64,000 bases of DNA from contig NW_027361991.1 in NCBI RefSeq assembly GCF_039654945.1, forward strand, positions 248,001 through 312,000. The letters run 5' to 3'. Both the position numbers and the translations under genes were made by a program. The notes under the pieces were generated by a model. The model was not told where the DNA came from. It worked only from the letters and a program-made list of their open reading frames with translations, and ran no database searches. Below, piece after piece: positions 15,001-28,683 of this stretch (its first letter is position 1; the number at the start of each line of letters is the position of its first letter). Source of the stretch: Dendrobates tinctorius. Lineage: Eukaryota.

Positions 15001-18000
15001 GACGTGTCCACAAGAACATCTCCAATATCTGACCAATCTACAGAAAGAACACATTCACTACCAGATACCACAATAGAAGCATTATCATTGTCTTCTGTAC
15101 AGTCAGAGACTTCTATAGTTTCTACATTACTACCAGAAGGAACATCGGTGGTGCCAGGCTCCACAGCAGTAGAGACAGCTCCAGTAGTAGAAACAACTAC
15201 AGAAACCTCATCGTTACCAGGAGGACCCACAGAAACTTCTCCAGCGTCTGATATAACAACAAAATGGACATCAGTGGTGCAAGGCACCACAGACACGGAG
15301 ACATCTTCAGTGGTTGAAACAACTGCAGAATCCTCATTGCCAGGAGTATCCACTGAAAGTTCTCCAGTATCTGATCTGTCCACAAAAGGAACTCATACAG
15401 TTCCTGATACTACTATAACAGATTCACCTTCATCACCGTCTGTAACTTCAGTAACTTCTCCTATGTCTGAAGTACAAACAGAAGGAACATCAGTGGTACC
15501 AGATTCCACAGCTGTGGAGACAACTACAGTGATGCAAACAACTACTGAAACCTCCTCACTACTAGAAGTGTCCACAAGAACATCTCCAATATCTGACCAA
15601 TCTACAGAAAGAACACATTCACTACCAGATACCACAAAAGAAGCATTTTCGTTATCTTCTGTACAGTCAGCGACTTCTACAGTTTCTACATTACTACCAG
15701 AAGGAACATCGGTGGTGCCAGGCTCCACAGCAGTAGAGACAGCTCCAGTAGTAGAAACAACTACAGAAACCTCATCGTTACCAGGAGGACCAACAGAAAC
15801 TTCACCAGTGTCTGATATACCAACAAAAGGGACATCAGTGGTGCAAGGTTCCACAGATACGGAGACATCTTCAGTGGTTAAAACAACTGCAGAATCCTCA
15901 TTGCCAGGAGTATCCACTGAAAGTTCTCCAGTATCTGATCTGTCCACAAAAGGAACTCATACAGTACCTGATACTACTATAGCAGATTCACCTTCATCAC
16001 CGTCTGTAACTTCAGTAACTTCTCCTATGTCTGAAGTACAAACGGATGGAACTTCAGTGGTACCAGATTCCACAGCTGTGGAGACAACTACAGTGATGCA
16101 AACAGCTACTGAAACCTCCTCACTACCAGACGTGTCCACAAGAACATCTCCAATATCTGACCAATCTACAGAAAGAACACATTCACTACCAGATACCACA
16201 ATAGAAGCATTATCATTGTCTTCTGTACAGTCAGAGACTTCTATAGTTTCTACATTACTACCAGAAGGAACATCGGTGGTGCCAGGCTCCACAGCAGTAG
16301 AGACAGCTCCAGTAGTAGAAACAACTACAGAAACCTCATCGTTACCAGGAGGACCCACAGAAACTTCTCCAGCGTCTGATATAACAACAAAAGGGACATC
16401 AGTGGTGCAAGGCTCCACAGACATGGAGACATCTTCAGTGGTTGAAACAACTGCAGAATCCTCATTGCCAGGAGTATCCACTGAAAGTTCTCCAGTATCT
16501 GATCTGTCCACAAAAGGAACTCATACAGTTCCTGATACTACTATAACAGATTCACCTTCATCACCGTCTGTAACTTCAGTAACTTCTCCTATGTCTGAAG
16601 TACAAACAGAAGGAACATCAGTGGTACCAGATTCCACAGCTGTGGAGACAACTACAGTGATGCAAACAACTACTGAAACCTCCTCACTACTAGAAGTGTC
16701 CACAAGAACATCTCCAATATCTGACCAATCTACAGAAAGAACACATTCACTACCAGATACCACAAAAGAAGCATTTTCGTTATCTTCTGTACAGTCAGCG
16801 ACTTCTACAGTTTCTACATTACTACCAGAAGGAACATCGGTGGTGCCAGGCTCCACAGCAGTAGAGACAGCTCCAGTAGTAGAAACAACTACAGAAACCT
16901 CATCGTTACCAGGACGACCAACAGAAACTTCACCAGTGTCTGATATACCAACAAAAGGGACATCAGTGGTGCAAGGTTCCACAGATACGGAGACATCTTC
17001 AGTGGTTAAAACAACTGCAGAATCCTCATTGCCAGGAGTATCCACTGAAAGTTCTCCAGTATCTGATCTGTCCACAAAAGGAACTCATACAGTACCTGAT
17101 ACTACTATAGCAGATTCACCTTCATCACCGTCTGTAACTTCAGTAACTTCTCCTATGTCTGAAGTACAAACGGAAGGAACATCAGTGGTACCAGATTCCA
17201 CAGCTGTGGAGACAACTACAGTGATGCAAACAACTACTGAAACCTACTCACTACCAGAAGTGTCCACAAGAACATCTCCAATATCTGACCAGTCTACAGA
17301 AAGAACACATTCACTACCAGATACCACAATAGAAGCATTTTCATTATCTTCTGTACAGTCAGAGACTTCTATAGTTTCTACATTACTACCAGAAGGAACA
17401 TCGGTGGTGCCAGGCTCCACAGCAGAAGAGACAGCTCCAGTAGTAGAAACAACTACAGAAACCTTATCATTACCTGAGGGATCCACAGAAACTTCTCCAG
17501 TGTCTTATATAACAACAAAAGGGACATCAGTGATGCAAGGTTCCTCAGACACGGAGACATCTTCAGTGGTTGAAACAACTGCAGAATCCTCATTGCCAGG
17601 AGTATCCACTGAAAGTTCTCTAGTATCTGATCTGTCCACAAAAGGAACTCATACAGATCCTGATACTACTATAGCAGATTCACCTTCATCACCGTCTGTA
17701 ACTTCAGAAAGTTCTCCTATGTCTGGACTACAAACAGAAGGAACATCAGTGGTACCAGATTCCAAAAATGTGGAGACAACTACAGTGATGCAAACAGCTA
17801 CTGAAACCACCTCATTACCAGACGTGTCCACAAAAACATATCCAATATCTGACCAATCTACAGAAAGAACACATTCACTACCAGATACCACAATAGAAAT
17901 ATTTTCATTATCTTCTGTACAGTCAGAGACTTCTATAGTTTCTACATTACTACCAGAAGGAACATCGGTGGTGCCAGGATCCACAGCAGTAGAGACAGCT

Positions 18001-21000
18001 CCAGCAGTAGAAAAAACTACAGAAACCTCATCGTTACCAGGAGGACCCACAGAAACTTCACCAGTGTCTGATATACCAACAAAAGGGACATCAGTGGTGC
18101 AAGGTTCCACAGACATGGAGACATCTTCAGTGGTTGAAACAACTGCAGAATCCTCATTGCCAGGAGTATCCACTGAAAGTTCTCCAGTATCTGATCTGTC
18201 CACAAAAGGAACTCATACAGTACCTGATACTACTATAGCAGATTCACCTTCATCACCGTCTGTAACTTCTCCTATGTCTGAAGTACAAACAGAAGGAACA
18301 TCAGTGGTACTAGATTCCACAGCTGTGGAGACAACTACAGTGATGCAAACAACTACTGAAACCACCTCACTACCAGAATTGTCCACAAGAACATCTCCAA
18401 TATCTGACCAATCTACAGAAAGAACACATTCACTACCAGATACCACAATAGAAGCTTTTTCATTATCTTCTGTACAGTCAGGGACTTCTACAGTTTCTAC
18501 ATTACTACCAGAAGGAACATCGGTGGTGCCAGGCTCCACAGCAGTAGAGACAGCTCCAGTAGTAGAAACAACTACAGATACCTCATCGTTACAAGGAGGA
18601 CCCACAGAAACTTCTAAAGTGTCTGATATAACAACAAAAGGGACATCAGTGGAGCAAGGTTCCACAGACACGGAGACATCTTCAGTGGTTGAAACAACTG
18701 CAGAATCCTCATTGCCAGGAGTATCCACTGTAAGTTCTCCAGTATCTGATCTGTCCACAAAAGGAACTCATACAGTACCTGATACTACTATAGCAGATTC
18801 ACCTTCATCACCCTCTGTAACTTCAGTAACTTCTCCTATGTCTGAAGTACAAACAGAAGGAACATCAGTGGTACCAAATTCCACACCTGTGGAGACAACT
18901 ACAGTGATGGAAACAACTACTGAAACCTCCTCACTACCAGCAGTGTCCACAAGAACATCTCCAATATCTGACCAATCTAGAGAAAGAACACATTCACTAC
19001 CAGATACCACAATAGAAGCATTTTCATTATCTACTGTACAGTCAGAGACTTCTACAGTTTCTACATTACTACCAGAAGGAACATCGGTGGTGCCAGGCTC
19101 CACAGCAGTAGAGACAGCTCCAGTAGTAGAAACAACTTCAGAAACCTCATCATTACCTGAAGAACCCACAGAAACTTCTCCAGTGTCTGATATAACAACA
19201 AAAGGGACATCAGTGGTGCAAGGTTCCACATACACGGAGACATCTTCAGTGGTTGAAACAACTGCAGAATCCTCATTGCCAGGAGTATCCACTGAAAGTT
19301 CTCCAGTATCTGATCTGTCCACAAAAGGAACTCATACAGTTCCTGATACTACTATAGCAGATTCACCTTCATCACCATCTGTAACTTCAGTAACTTCTCC
19401 TATGTCTGAAGTAGAAACAGAAGGAACATCAGTGGTACCAGATTCCACAGCTGTGGAGACAACTACAGTGATGCAAACAACTACTGAAACCTCCTCACTA
19501 CCAGAAGTGTCCACAAGAACACCTCCAATATCTAACCAATCTACAGAAAGAACACAATCACTACCAGATACCACAATAGAAGCATTTTCATTATCTTCTG
19601 AACAGTCAGAGACTTCTATAGTTTCTACATTACTACCAGAAGGAACATCGGTGGTGCCAGGCTCCGCAGCAGTAGAGACAGCTCCAGTAGTAGAAACAAC
19701 GACAGAAACCTCATCGTTACCAGGAGAACTCACAGAAACTTCTCCAGTGTCTGGTATAACAACAAAAGGGACATCAGTGGTGCAAGGTTCCACAGACTCG
19801 GAGACATCTTCAGTTGTTGAAACAACTGCAGAATCCTCATTGCCTGGAGTATCCACTGAAAGTCCTCCAGTATCTGATCTGTCCACAAAAGGAACTCATA
19901 CAGATCCTGGTACTACTATAGCAGATTCACCTTCATCACCGTCTGTAACTTTAGTAAGTTCTCCTATGTCTGAACTACAAACAGAAGGAACATCAGTGGT
20001 ACCAGATTCCAAAACTGTGAAGACAACTACAGTGATGCAAACGGCTTCTGAAACCTCCTCACTACCAGAAGTGTCCACAAGAACATATCCAATATCTGAC
20101 CAATCTACAGAAAGAACAGATTCACTACCAGATACCACAATAGAAGCATTTTCATTATCTTCTGTACAGTCAGAGACTTCTATAGTTTCTACATTACTAC
20201 CAGAAGGAACATCGGTGGTGCCAGGCTCCACAGCAGTAGAGACAGCTCCAGTAGTAGAAACAACTACAGATACCTCATCGTTACAAGGAGGACCCACAGA
20301 AACTTCTCCATTGTCTGATATAACAACAAAAGGGACATCAGTGGAGCAAGGTTCCACAGACACGGAGACATCTTCAGTGGTTGAAACAACTGCAGAATCC
20401 TCATTGCCAGGAGTATCCACTGAAAGTTCTCCAGTATCTGATCTGTCCACAAAAGGAACTCATACAGTACCTGATACTAATATAGTAGATTCACCTTCAT
20501 CACCGTCTGTAACTTCAGTAACTTCTCCTATGTCTGAAGAACAAACAGAAGGAACATCAGAGTTACCAGATTCCAAAACTGTGAAGACAACTACAGTGAT
20601 GCAAACAACTACTGAAACTTCCTCACTACCAGAAGTGTTCACAAGAACATCTCCAATATATGACCAATCTACAGAAAGAACAGATTCACTACCAGATACC
20701 ACAATAGAAGCATTTTCATTATCTTCTGGACAGTCAGAGACTACTATAGTTTCTACATTACTACCAGAAGGAACATCGGTAGTGCCAGGCTCCACAACAG
20801 TAGAGACAGCTCCAGTAGTAGAAACAACTACAGAAACCTCATCGTTAGCAGGAGGACCCACAGAAACTTCTCCAGTGTCTGATATAACAACAAAAGGGAC
20901 ATCAGTGGTGCAAGGTTCCACAGACACGGAGACATCTTCAGTGGTTGAAACAACTGCAGAATCCTCATTGCCAGGAGTATCCACTAAAAGTCCTCCAGTA

Positions 21001-24000
21001 TCTGATCTGTCCACAAAAGGAACTCATACAGATCCTGATACTACTATAGCAGATTCACCTTCATCACCGTCTGTAACTTTAGTAACTTCTCCTATGTCTG
21101 AAGTAGAAACAGAAGGAACATCAGTGGTACCAGATTCCACAGCTGTGGAGACAACTACAGTGATGCAAACAACTACTAAAACCTCCTCACTACCAGAAGT
21201 GTCCACAAGAACATCTCCAATATCTGACCAATCTACAGAAAGAACACATTCACTACCAGATACCACAACAGAAGCATTTTCAATATCTTCTGTACAGTCA
21301 GAGACTTCTATAGTTTCTACATTACTACCAGAAGGAACATCGGTGGTGCCAGGCTCCACAGCAGTAGAGACAGCTCCAGTAGTAGAAACAACTACTGAAA
21401 CCTCATCGTTAGCAGGAGGACCCACAGAAACTTCTCCAGTGTCTGATATAACAACAAAAGGGACATCAGTGGTGCAAGGTTCCACAGACACGGAGACATC
21501 TTCAGTGGTTGAAACAACTGCAGAATCCTCATTGTCAGAAGTATCCACTGAAAGTTCTCCAGTATCTGATCTGTCCACAAAAGGAACTCATACAGTTCCT
21601 GATACCACTATAGCAGATTCACCTTCATCACCATCTGTAACTTCAGTATCTTCTCCTATGTCTGAAGTAGAAACAGAAGGAACATCAGTGGTACCAAATT
21701 CCACAGCTGTGGAGACAACTACAGTGATGCAAACAGCTTCTGAAACCTCCTCACTACCAGGCGTGTCCACAAGAACATCTCCAATATCTGACCAATCTAC
21801 AGAAAGAACACATTCACTACCAGATACCACAATAGAAGCATTTTCATTATCTTCTGTACAGTCAGAGACTTCTATAGTTTCTACATTACTACCAGAAGGA
21901 ACATCGGTGGTGCCAGGCTCCACAGTAGTAGAGACAGCTCCAGCAGTAGAAACAACTACAGAAACCTCATCGTTACCAGAAGGACCCACAGAAACTTCAC
22001 CAGTGTCTGATATACCAACAAAAGGGACATCAGTGGTGCAAGTTTGCACAGACACGGAGACATCTTCAGTGGTTGAAACAACTGCAGAATTCTCATTGCC
22101 AGGAGTATCCACTGAAAGTTCTCCAGTATCTGATCTGTCCACAAAAGGAACTCATACAGTACCTGATACTACTATAGCAGATTCACCTTCATCACCGTCT
22201 GTAACTTCAGTAACTTCTCCTATGTCTGAAGTACAAACAGAAGGAACATCAGTGGTACCAGATTCAACAGCTGTGGAGACAACTACAGTGATGCAAACAA
22301 CTACTGAAACCTCCTCACTACCAGAAGTGTCCACAAGAACATCTCCAATATCTGAACAATCTACAGAAAGAACACATTCACTACCAGATACCACAATAGA
22401 AGCATTTTCATTATCTTCTGTACAGTCAGAGACTTCTATAGTTTCTACATTACTACCAGAAGGAACATCGGTGGTGCCAGGCTCCACAGCAATAGAGACA
22501 GCTCCAGTAGTAGAAACAACTACAGAAACCTCATCGTTACCTGAAGGACCCACAGAAACTTCTCCAGTGTCTGATATAACAACAAAAGGGACATCAGTGG
22601 TGCAAGGTTCCACAGACACGGAGACATCTTCAGTGGTTGAAACAACTGCAGAATCCTCATTGCCAGGAGTATCCACTGAAAGTTTTCCAGTATCTGATCT
22701 GTCCACAAAAGGAACTCATACAGTTCCTGATACTTCTATAGCAGATTCACCTTCATCACCGTCTGTAACTTCAGTAACTTCTCATATGTCTGAAGTAGAA
22801 ACAGAAGGAACATCAGTGGTACCAGAATCCACAACTGTGGAGACAACTACAGTGATGCAAACAACTACTGAAACCTACTCACTACCAGAAGGGTCCACAA
22901 GAACATCTCCAATATCTGACCAATCTACAGAAAGAACACATTCACTACCAGATACCACAACAGAAGCACTTTCAATATCTTCTGTACAGTCAGAGACTTC
23001 TATAGTTTCTGCATTACTACCAGAAGGAACATCGGTGGTGCAAGGCTCCACAGCAGTAGAGACAGCTCCAGTAGTAGAAACAACTACAGAAACCTCATCG
23101 TTAGCAGGAGGACCCACAGAAACTTCTCCAGCGTCTGATATAACAACAAAAGGGACATCAGTGGTGCAAGGTTCCACAGACATGGAGACATCTTCTGTGG
23201 TTGAAACAACTGCAGAATCCTCATTGCCAGGAGTATCCACTGAAAGTTCTCCGGTATCTGATCTGTCCACAAAAGGAACTCATACAGTTCCTGATACTAC
23301 TATAGCAGATTCACCTTCATCACCATCTGTAAATTCAGTAACTTCTCCTATGTCTGAAGTACAAACAGAAGGAACATCAGTGGTACCAGATTCCACAGCT
23401 GTGGAGACAACTACAATGATGCAAACAGCTTCTGAAACCTCCTCACTACCAGGCGTGTACACAAGAACATCTCCAATATCTGACCAATCTACAGAAAGAA
23501 CACATTCTCTACCAGATACCACAATAGAAGCATTTTCATTATCTTCTGTACAGTCAGAGACTTCTATAGTTTCTACATTACTACCAGAAGGAACATCGGT
23601 GGTGCCAGGCTCCACAGCAGTAGAGACAGCTCCAGTAGTAGAAACAACTACAGAAACCTCATCGTTACCAGGAGGACCCACAGAAACTACTCCAGTGTCT
23701 TATATAACAACAAAAGGGACATCAGTGGTGCAAGGTTCCACAGACACAGAGATATCTTCAGTGGTTGAAACAACTTCAGAATCCTCATTGCCAGGAGTAT
23801 CCACTGAAAGTTCTCCAGTAACTCATCTGTCCACAAAAGGAACTCATACAGTTCCTGATACTACTATAGCAGATTCACCTTCATCACCATCTGTAACTTC
23901 GGTAACTTCTCCTTTGTCTGAAGAAGAAACAGAAGGAACATCAGTGGTACCAGATTCCACAGCTGTGGAGACAACTACAGTGATGCAAACATCTGCTGAA

Positions 24001-25620
24001 ACCTCCTCACTACCAGAAGTGTCCACAAGAACATCTCCAATATCTAACCAATCTACAGAAAGAACACAATCACTACCAGATACCACAATAGAAGCATTTT
24101 CATTATCTTCTGAACAGTCAGAGACTACTATAGTTTCTACATTACTACCAGAAGGAACATCGGTGGTGCCAGGCTCCACAGCAGTAGAGACAGCTCCAGT
24201 AGTAGATACAACTACAGAAACCTCATCGTTACCAGGAGGACCCACAGAAACTTCTCCAGTTTCTGATATAACAACAAAAGGGACATCAGTGGTGCATGGT
24301 CTCACAGACACGGAGACATCTTCAGTGGTTGAAACAATTGCAGAATCCTCATTGCCAGGAGTATCCACTGAAAGTTCTCCAGTATATGATCTGTCCACAA
24401 AAGGAACTCATACAGTACCTGATACTACTCTAGCAGATTCACCTTCATCACCATCTGTAACTTCAGTAACTTCTCCTATGTTTGAAGTACAAACAGAAGG
24501 AACATCAGTGGTACCAGATTTCACAGCTGTGGAAACAACTACAGTGATGCAAACATCTACTGAAACCTCCTCACTACCAGAAGTGTCCACAAGAACATCT
24601 CCAATATCTGACCAATCTAGAGAAAGAACACATTCACTACCAGATACCACAATAGAAGCATTTTCATTATCTTCTGTACAGTCAGAGACTTCTATGGTTT
24701 CTACATTACTACCAGAAGGCACATCGGTGGTGCCAGGCTCCACAGCAGTAGAGACAGCTCCAGTAGTAGAAACAACTACAGAAACCTCATCGTTACCAGG
24801 AGGACCCACAGAAACTTCTCCAGTGTCTGGTATAACAACAAAACGGACATCAGTGGAGCAAGGTCCCACATACACGGAGACATCTTCAGTGGTTGAAACA
24901 ACTGCAGAATCCTCATTGCCAGGAGTATCCACTGAAAGTTCTCCAGTATCTGATCTGTCCACAAAAGGAACTCATACAGTACCTGATACTACTATAGCAG
25001 ATTCACCTTCATCACCGTCTGTATCTTCAGTAACTTCTCCTATGTCTGATGTACAAACAGAGGGAACATCATTGGTACCAGATTCCACAGCTGTGGAGAC
25101 AACTACAGTGATGCAAACAACTACTGAAACCTCCTCACTACCAGAAGTACCCACAAGAACTTCTCCAATATCTGACCAATCTACAGAAAGAACACATTCA
25201 CTACCAGATACCACAATAGAAGCATTTTCATTATCTTCTGTACAGTCAGAGACTTCTATGGTTTCTACATTACTACCAGAAGGAACATCGGTGGTGCCAG
25301 GCTCCACAGCAGTAGAGACAGCTCCAGTAGTAGAAACAACTACAGAAACCTCATCGTTACCAGAAGGACCCACAGAAACTTCTCCAGTGTCTGGTATAAC
25401 AACAAAACGGACATCAGTGGTGCAAGGTTCTACAGACACGGAGACTTTTTCAGTGGTTGAAACAACTGCAGAATCTTCATTGCCAGGAGTATCCACTGAA
25501 AGTTCTCCAGTATCTGATCTGTCCACACAAGGAACTCATACAGTACCTGATACTACTATTGCAGATTCACCTTCATCACCGTCTGTAACTTCAGTAACTT
25601 CTCCTATCTCTGAAGTACAA
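1..25620 (+). repeat. Coding tandem repeat, 564-bp / 188-aa unit, ~45 copies
   Basis: Antisense shadow ORFs recur every 564 bp (174, 738, ... 24972, 25536). The unit GTSVVQGSTD...SPVSDITTK counts to 188 aa. Confidence 0.97.
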
Positions 25621-26326
25621 ACAAAAGGAAGATCAGTGGTACCAGATTCCACAGCTGCGGAGACAACTCCATTGGTGGAAGCAACTACAGAAACCTCCTC
25701 ATTACCGGAAGTGTCCACAAAAACTTCTCCATTATCTGGCCAGTCTACAGAAGGAACATATTCACTATCTGATACTACAATAAGATCATCTACCTTATCC
25801 TCTGTACAGTCAGGAAATTCTGCAGTTTCTGCTGTACAAACAGAAGAAACATCAGTGGTGCCAGATACCACAGCTGCAGAGACAACTTCAGTGGAGGAAG
25901 ACTCTACAGAAACCTCCTCATTACCACAAGTATCGACAGAAACATCTCCTTTGACTTCCTTTACAACAAATACATCAGTGGTGCCAGATTCCACAGCTGT
26001 GGAGACAACTACAGTGATGCAAACAACTACTGAAACCTCCTCACTACCAGAAGTGTCCACAAGAACATCTCCAATATCTGACCAATCTACAGAAAGAACA
26101 CATTCACTACCAGATACCACAATAGAAGCATTTTCATTATCTTCTGTACAGTCAGAGACTTCTATAGTTTCTACATTACTACCAGAAGGAACATCGGTGG
26201 TGCCAGGCTCCACAGCAGTAGAGACAGCTCCAGTAGTAGAAACAACTACAGAAACCTCATCGTTACCAGAAGGACCCACAGAAACTTCTCCAGTTGGGAC
26301 TACTTCAACTACAGCAGCACCACCAG
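1..26326 (+). CDS. Giant PTS (Pro/Thr/Ser-rich) exon of a MUC3/MUC12/MUC17-like transmembrane mucin; 5' end lies outside the window
   Basis: Frame 1 is stop-free from base 1 (ORF track 25..26361, 8778 aa) and made of S/T/P/E/V-rich tandem repeats. It ends at the donor CCACCAG|GTAATT (GT at 26327, phase 1), which matches the phase of the downstream EGF exon. Confidence 0.93.
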
Positions 26327-27056
26327 GTAATTGTGCTTCCCAGTGGTTCTTTGGATTTTGACACTATCTTCTTAATGTATAGGGTAAATGCAATTTAAAA
26401 AATTCAATGTGTTTGTCTTATCTTTGATCCTTAGTTCTTATATGCTCTTTATTTACTCCATACATCCACTTCAATCCATACTGTTATAACTCAGTGATGG
26501 GAAAGAAGTAGGCGCTGTACCCACAGTATTTCAGTTCTTGGGATTCAACTGTAATGTTCAGCCAACATTGTGATGAAGACCACAGTCTTTGCCTTTTAAC
26601 CACTTAGATGCCATAGTGAAACGTTCAAACTCTTCCATATATATGGCTGAGTGCACATTTTCCTAAAAGATTATTTGCCCATAATATTCATGCACTCAAA
26701 TGAGTTTCGGATCATGAAGTGGCTATTGTTGCCACTCACGAAAATTTTTCTTTCCCTCTGATACTGTTCCCTTAATGGAGACTAGAATTACTTATGATGT
26801 CTTCGGCTTTGCACAAGGGGGTCTCATAAAATTATTTCTCGCATCTAATTGCTGGTAAAACAGCTGTATCCTAATATTGAGGAGTCTCAGTATTTCCTAT
26901 GTGATCCAGCATTCATCTGTCACCAAGTACACTAAGTAAATAGGGAAAGAACCAGGTGATCACATTTGGAAGTCCTTTCTGGGATTAACGCAAACAGATA
27001 ATTAATCAAAGGTTAATAACAATGTATTTAAAAATAACTTATTATAGAAAAAAAGA

Positions 27057-27709
27057 TACCGTATTTTGCATTTATAAGACGCTCCAGATTATAAGACACA
27101 CCCCAAGGTGTGAGGTGAAAAATAGGAAAAAAAAAACTTTTTTTAATAATTTGGTGGTACTTATAATCCGTGCGTTTTATTGCTTACTGGGGCTGGTGGC
27201 TGCGGTGAAGCAGGGTCCCGGGGTCACTGCTGGAGGAGGCAAGAGTGGTGTGTTGCTGCTGGCCGCAGGCTGTGATGAGGGGGCGTTTGGATGTGTGACG
27301 CGCTGCTGCGGGTTTCTGGTGCTGCGGGTGTCCAGTGCTGCTTTTTTCTGGCGCTGCATGTGTCCGGTGCTGCGGAGGCTCTGACGATCTCTGAGATCTC
27401 ATCTCCCGAGATCTTGGTGCCAAGATATCCATCTGTACATGCGCCACCCCCCGGCAGCCATTTTCCCGGAGTCCACCGCATAGGAAACAATGGAACTGCA
27501 GGGGCTCTGGTCTTTCACAAAATGTCGGCAGAGCACCCATAGCACTGGACACAGGCATTGCCGGACACCCGCAGCGGCGCGCCGCACATCTGAACGACCC
27601 TGTTCCACCGCATCCCCGGTAAGGTATATCCGCATTATAAGACGCACCCCCATTTTTTCCCCATATTTTGGGGGAAAAAAGTGTGTTTTGTAATTCGAAA
27701 AATAAGATA
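27057..27709. mobile_element. Tc1/mariner-superfamily (pogo/Tigger-like) non-autonomous element
   Basis: Degenerate termini TACCGTATTTT... and ...CGAAAAATAAGATA, with internal repeated TATAAGACGC motifs. Confidence 0.6.
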
Positions 27710-27808
27710 TTTGCAAAATGTAATTCAGTAAAGAAAATGACAAAAAATATTTGGCTTTCATGCAATCATAACAATCTCTATGAAAACTTAAAGATGGTTC
27801 CTTTATAG

Positions 27809-27994
27809 CAGTGTTTCTCAACTCCAGTCCTCAAGACCCACCAACAGGTCAAGTTTTCAGGATATCCTTAGTATTGCACAGGGGATAATTTCATCACCTG
27901 CTCAAGCATTAAATCCATCACCTGTGCAATACTAAGGAAATCCTGAAAACATGACATGTTGGTGGGTCTGGAGGACTGGAGTTGAGAAACACTG
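27809..27994. mobile_element. Palindromic hAT (Charlie-type) MITE
   Basis: TIRs CAGTGTTTCTCAACTCCAGTCCTC / GAGGACTGGAGTTGAGAAACACTG. Perfect 8-bp TSD CTTTATAG at 27801-27808 and 27995-28002. Confidence 0.9.
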
Positions 27995-28126
27995 CTTTAT
28001 AGCAAAGTGTTGGCTTTGCGTGCTTTAGTGGTAGGCAAACTTTTGTAACTAGAGTTAGATAATAAATATTATTTTGCATGGATTCTTATATTCAAATTTC
28101 CTAATTTAACTTCTGTTTTGTAATAG

Positions 28127-28231
28127 TTATATGCCTTAATGGAGGGAGCTATGATGGAATAAAATGTAAATGTGATGATGATTTGTTCTATGGGCCTCGT
28201 TGTGAAATTATCATAGATAGAATTGAACCCG
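28127..28231 (+). CDS. Mucin exon: first EGF-like (Cys-rich) module
   Basis: Acceptor ttctgttttgtaatAG|, donor CCCG|GTAAGT, 105 nt, phase 1-1. Translates (V)ICLNGGSYDGIKCKCDDDLFYGPRCEIIIDRIEP, matching the CxNGG.(W/Y)DG.KC.C...YG..CE module that precedes the SEA domain in MUC3/17. Confidence 0.9.
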
Positions 28232-28683
28232 GTAAGTGAAGATTTTTTTTGTCTCTGCGCTATCCTAGACTTATTTGACCTAGCATCAGTTTCCATTCTA
28301 TGGAGAACCTGTTTGATCTGATTGATATCCTACATAGTAAACTATTTCTTTTCTGGTAACCTACAGACTTATTTTACATAACAGAGCATTCTTATGTAAT
28401 GTATAAAGAACATTTCACTGCTATTGTGCTTAATGTGAGATCGGTGCGGGTCTGACTTTTAGGATAACTAATTTTTCATCTTCAAACATGGGTTGATTTG
28501 ATAGTGTGGCTGTTGGGGTTGTAGACTGGGCTTCTCTGGTGGTCAGACCACTAATGCTCAAACATATTTTCAACTATCTAAAGACAGGTAATGTATTTTC
28601 CCCCCACTCCTTTTTGTACATATGTAACATGTCTCATAGTTCTGTATCCAAAACGAATTGGTCTAAAACTCAAACTCAGAACT

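Noticed and set aside
174-26279. Dozens of 184-aa and 62-aa minus-strand ORFs
   Set aside because: Shadows of the 564-bp coding repeat. They recur at the repeat period and have no independent domain signal.
26327-26361. ORF tail GNCASQWFFGF* as the true mucin C-terminus
   Set aside because: It is read-through past a good phase-1 donor that joins the EGF exon in frame. There is no evidence here for an intron-retained isoform.
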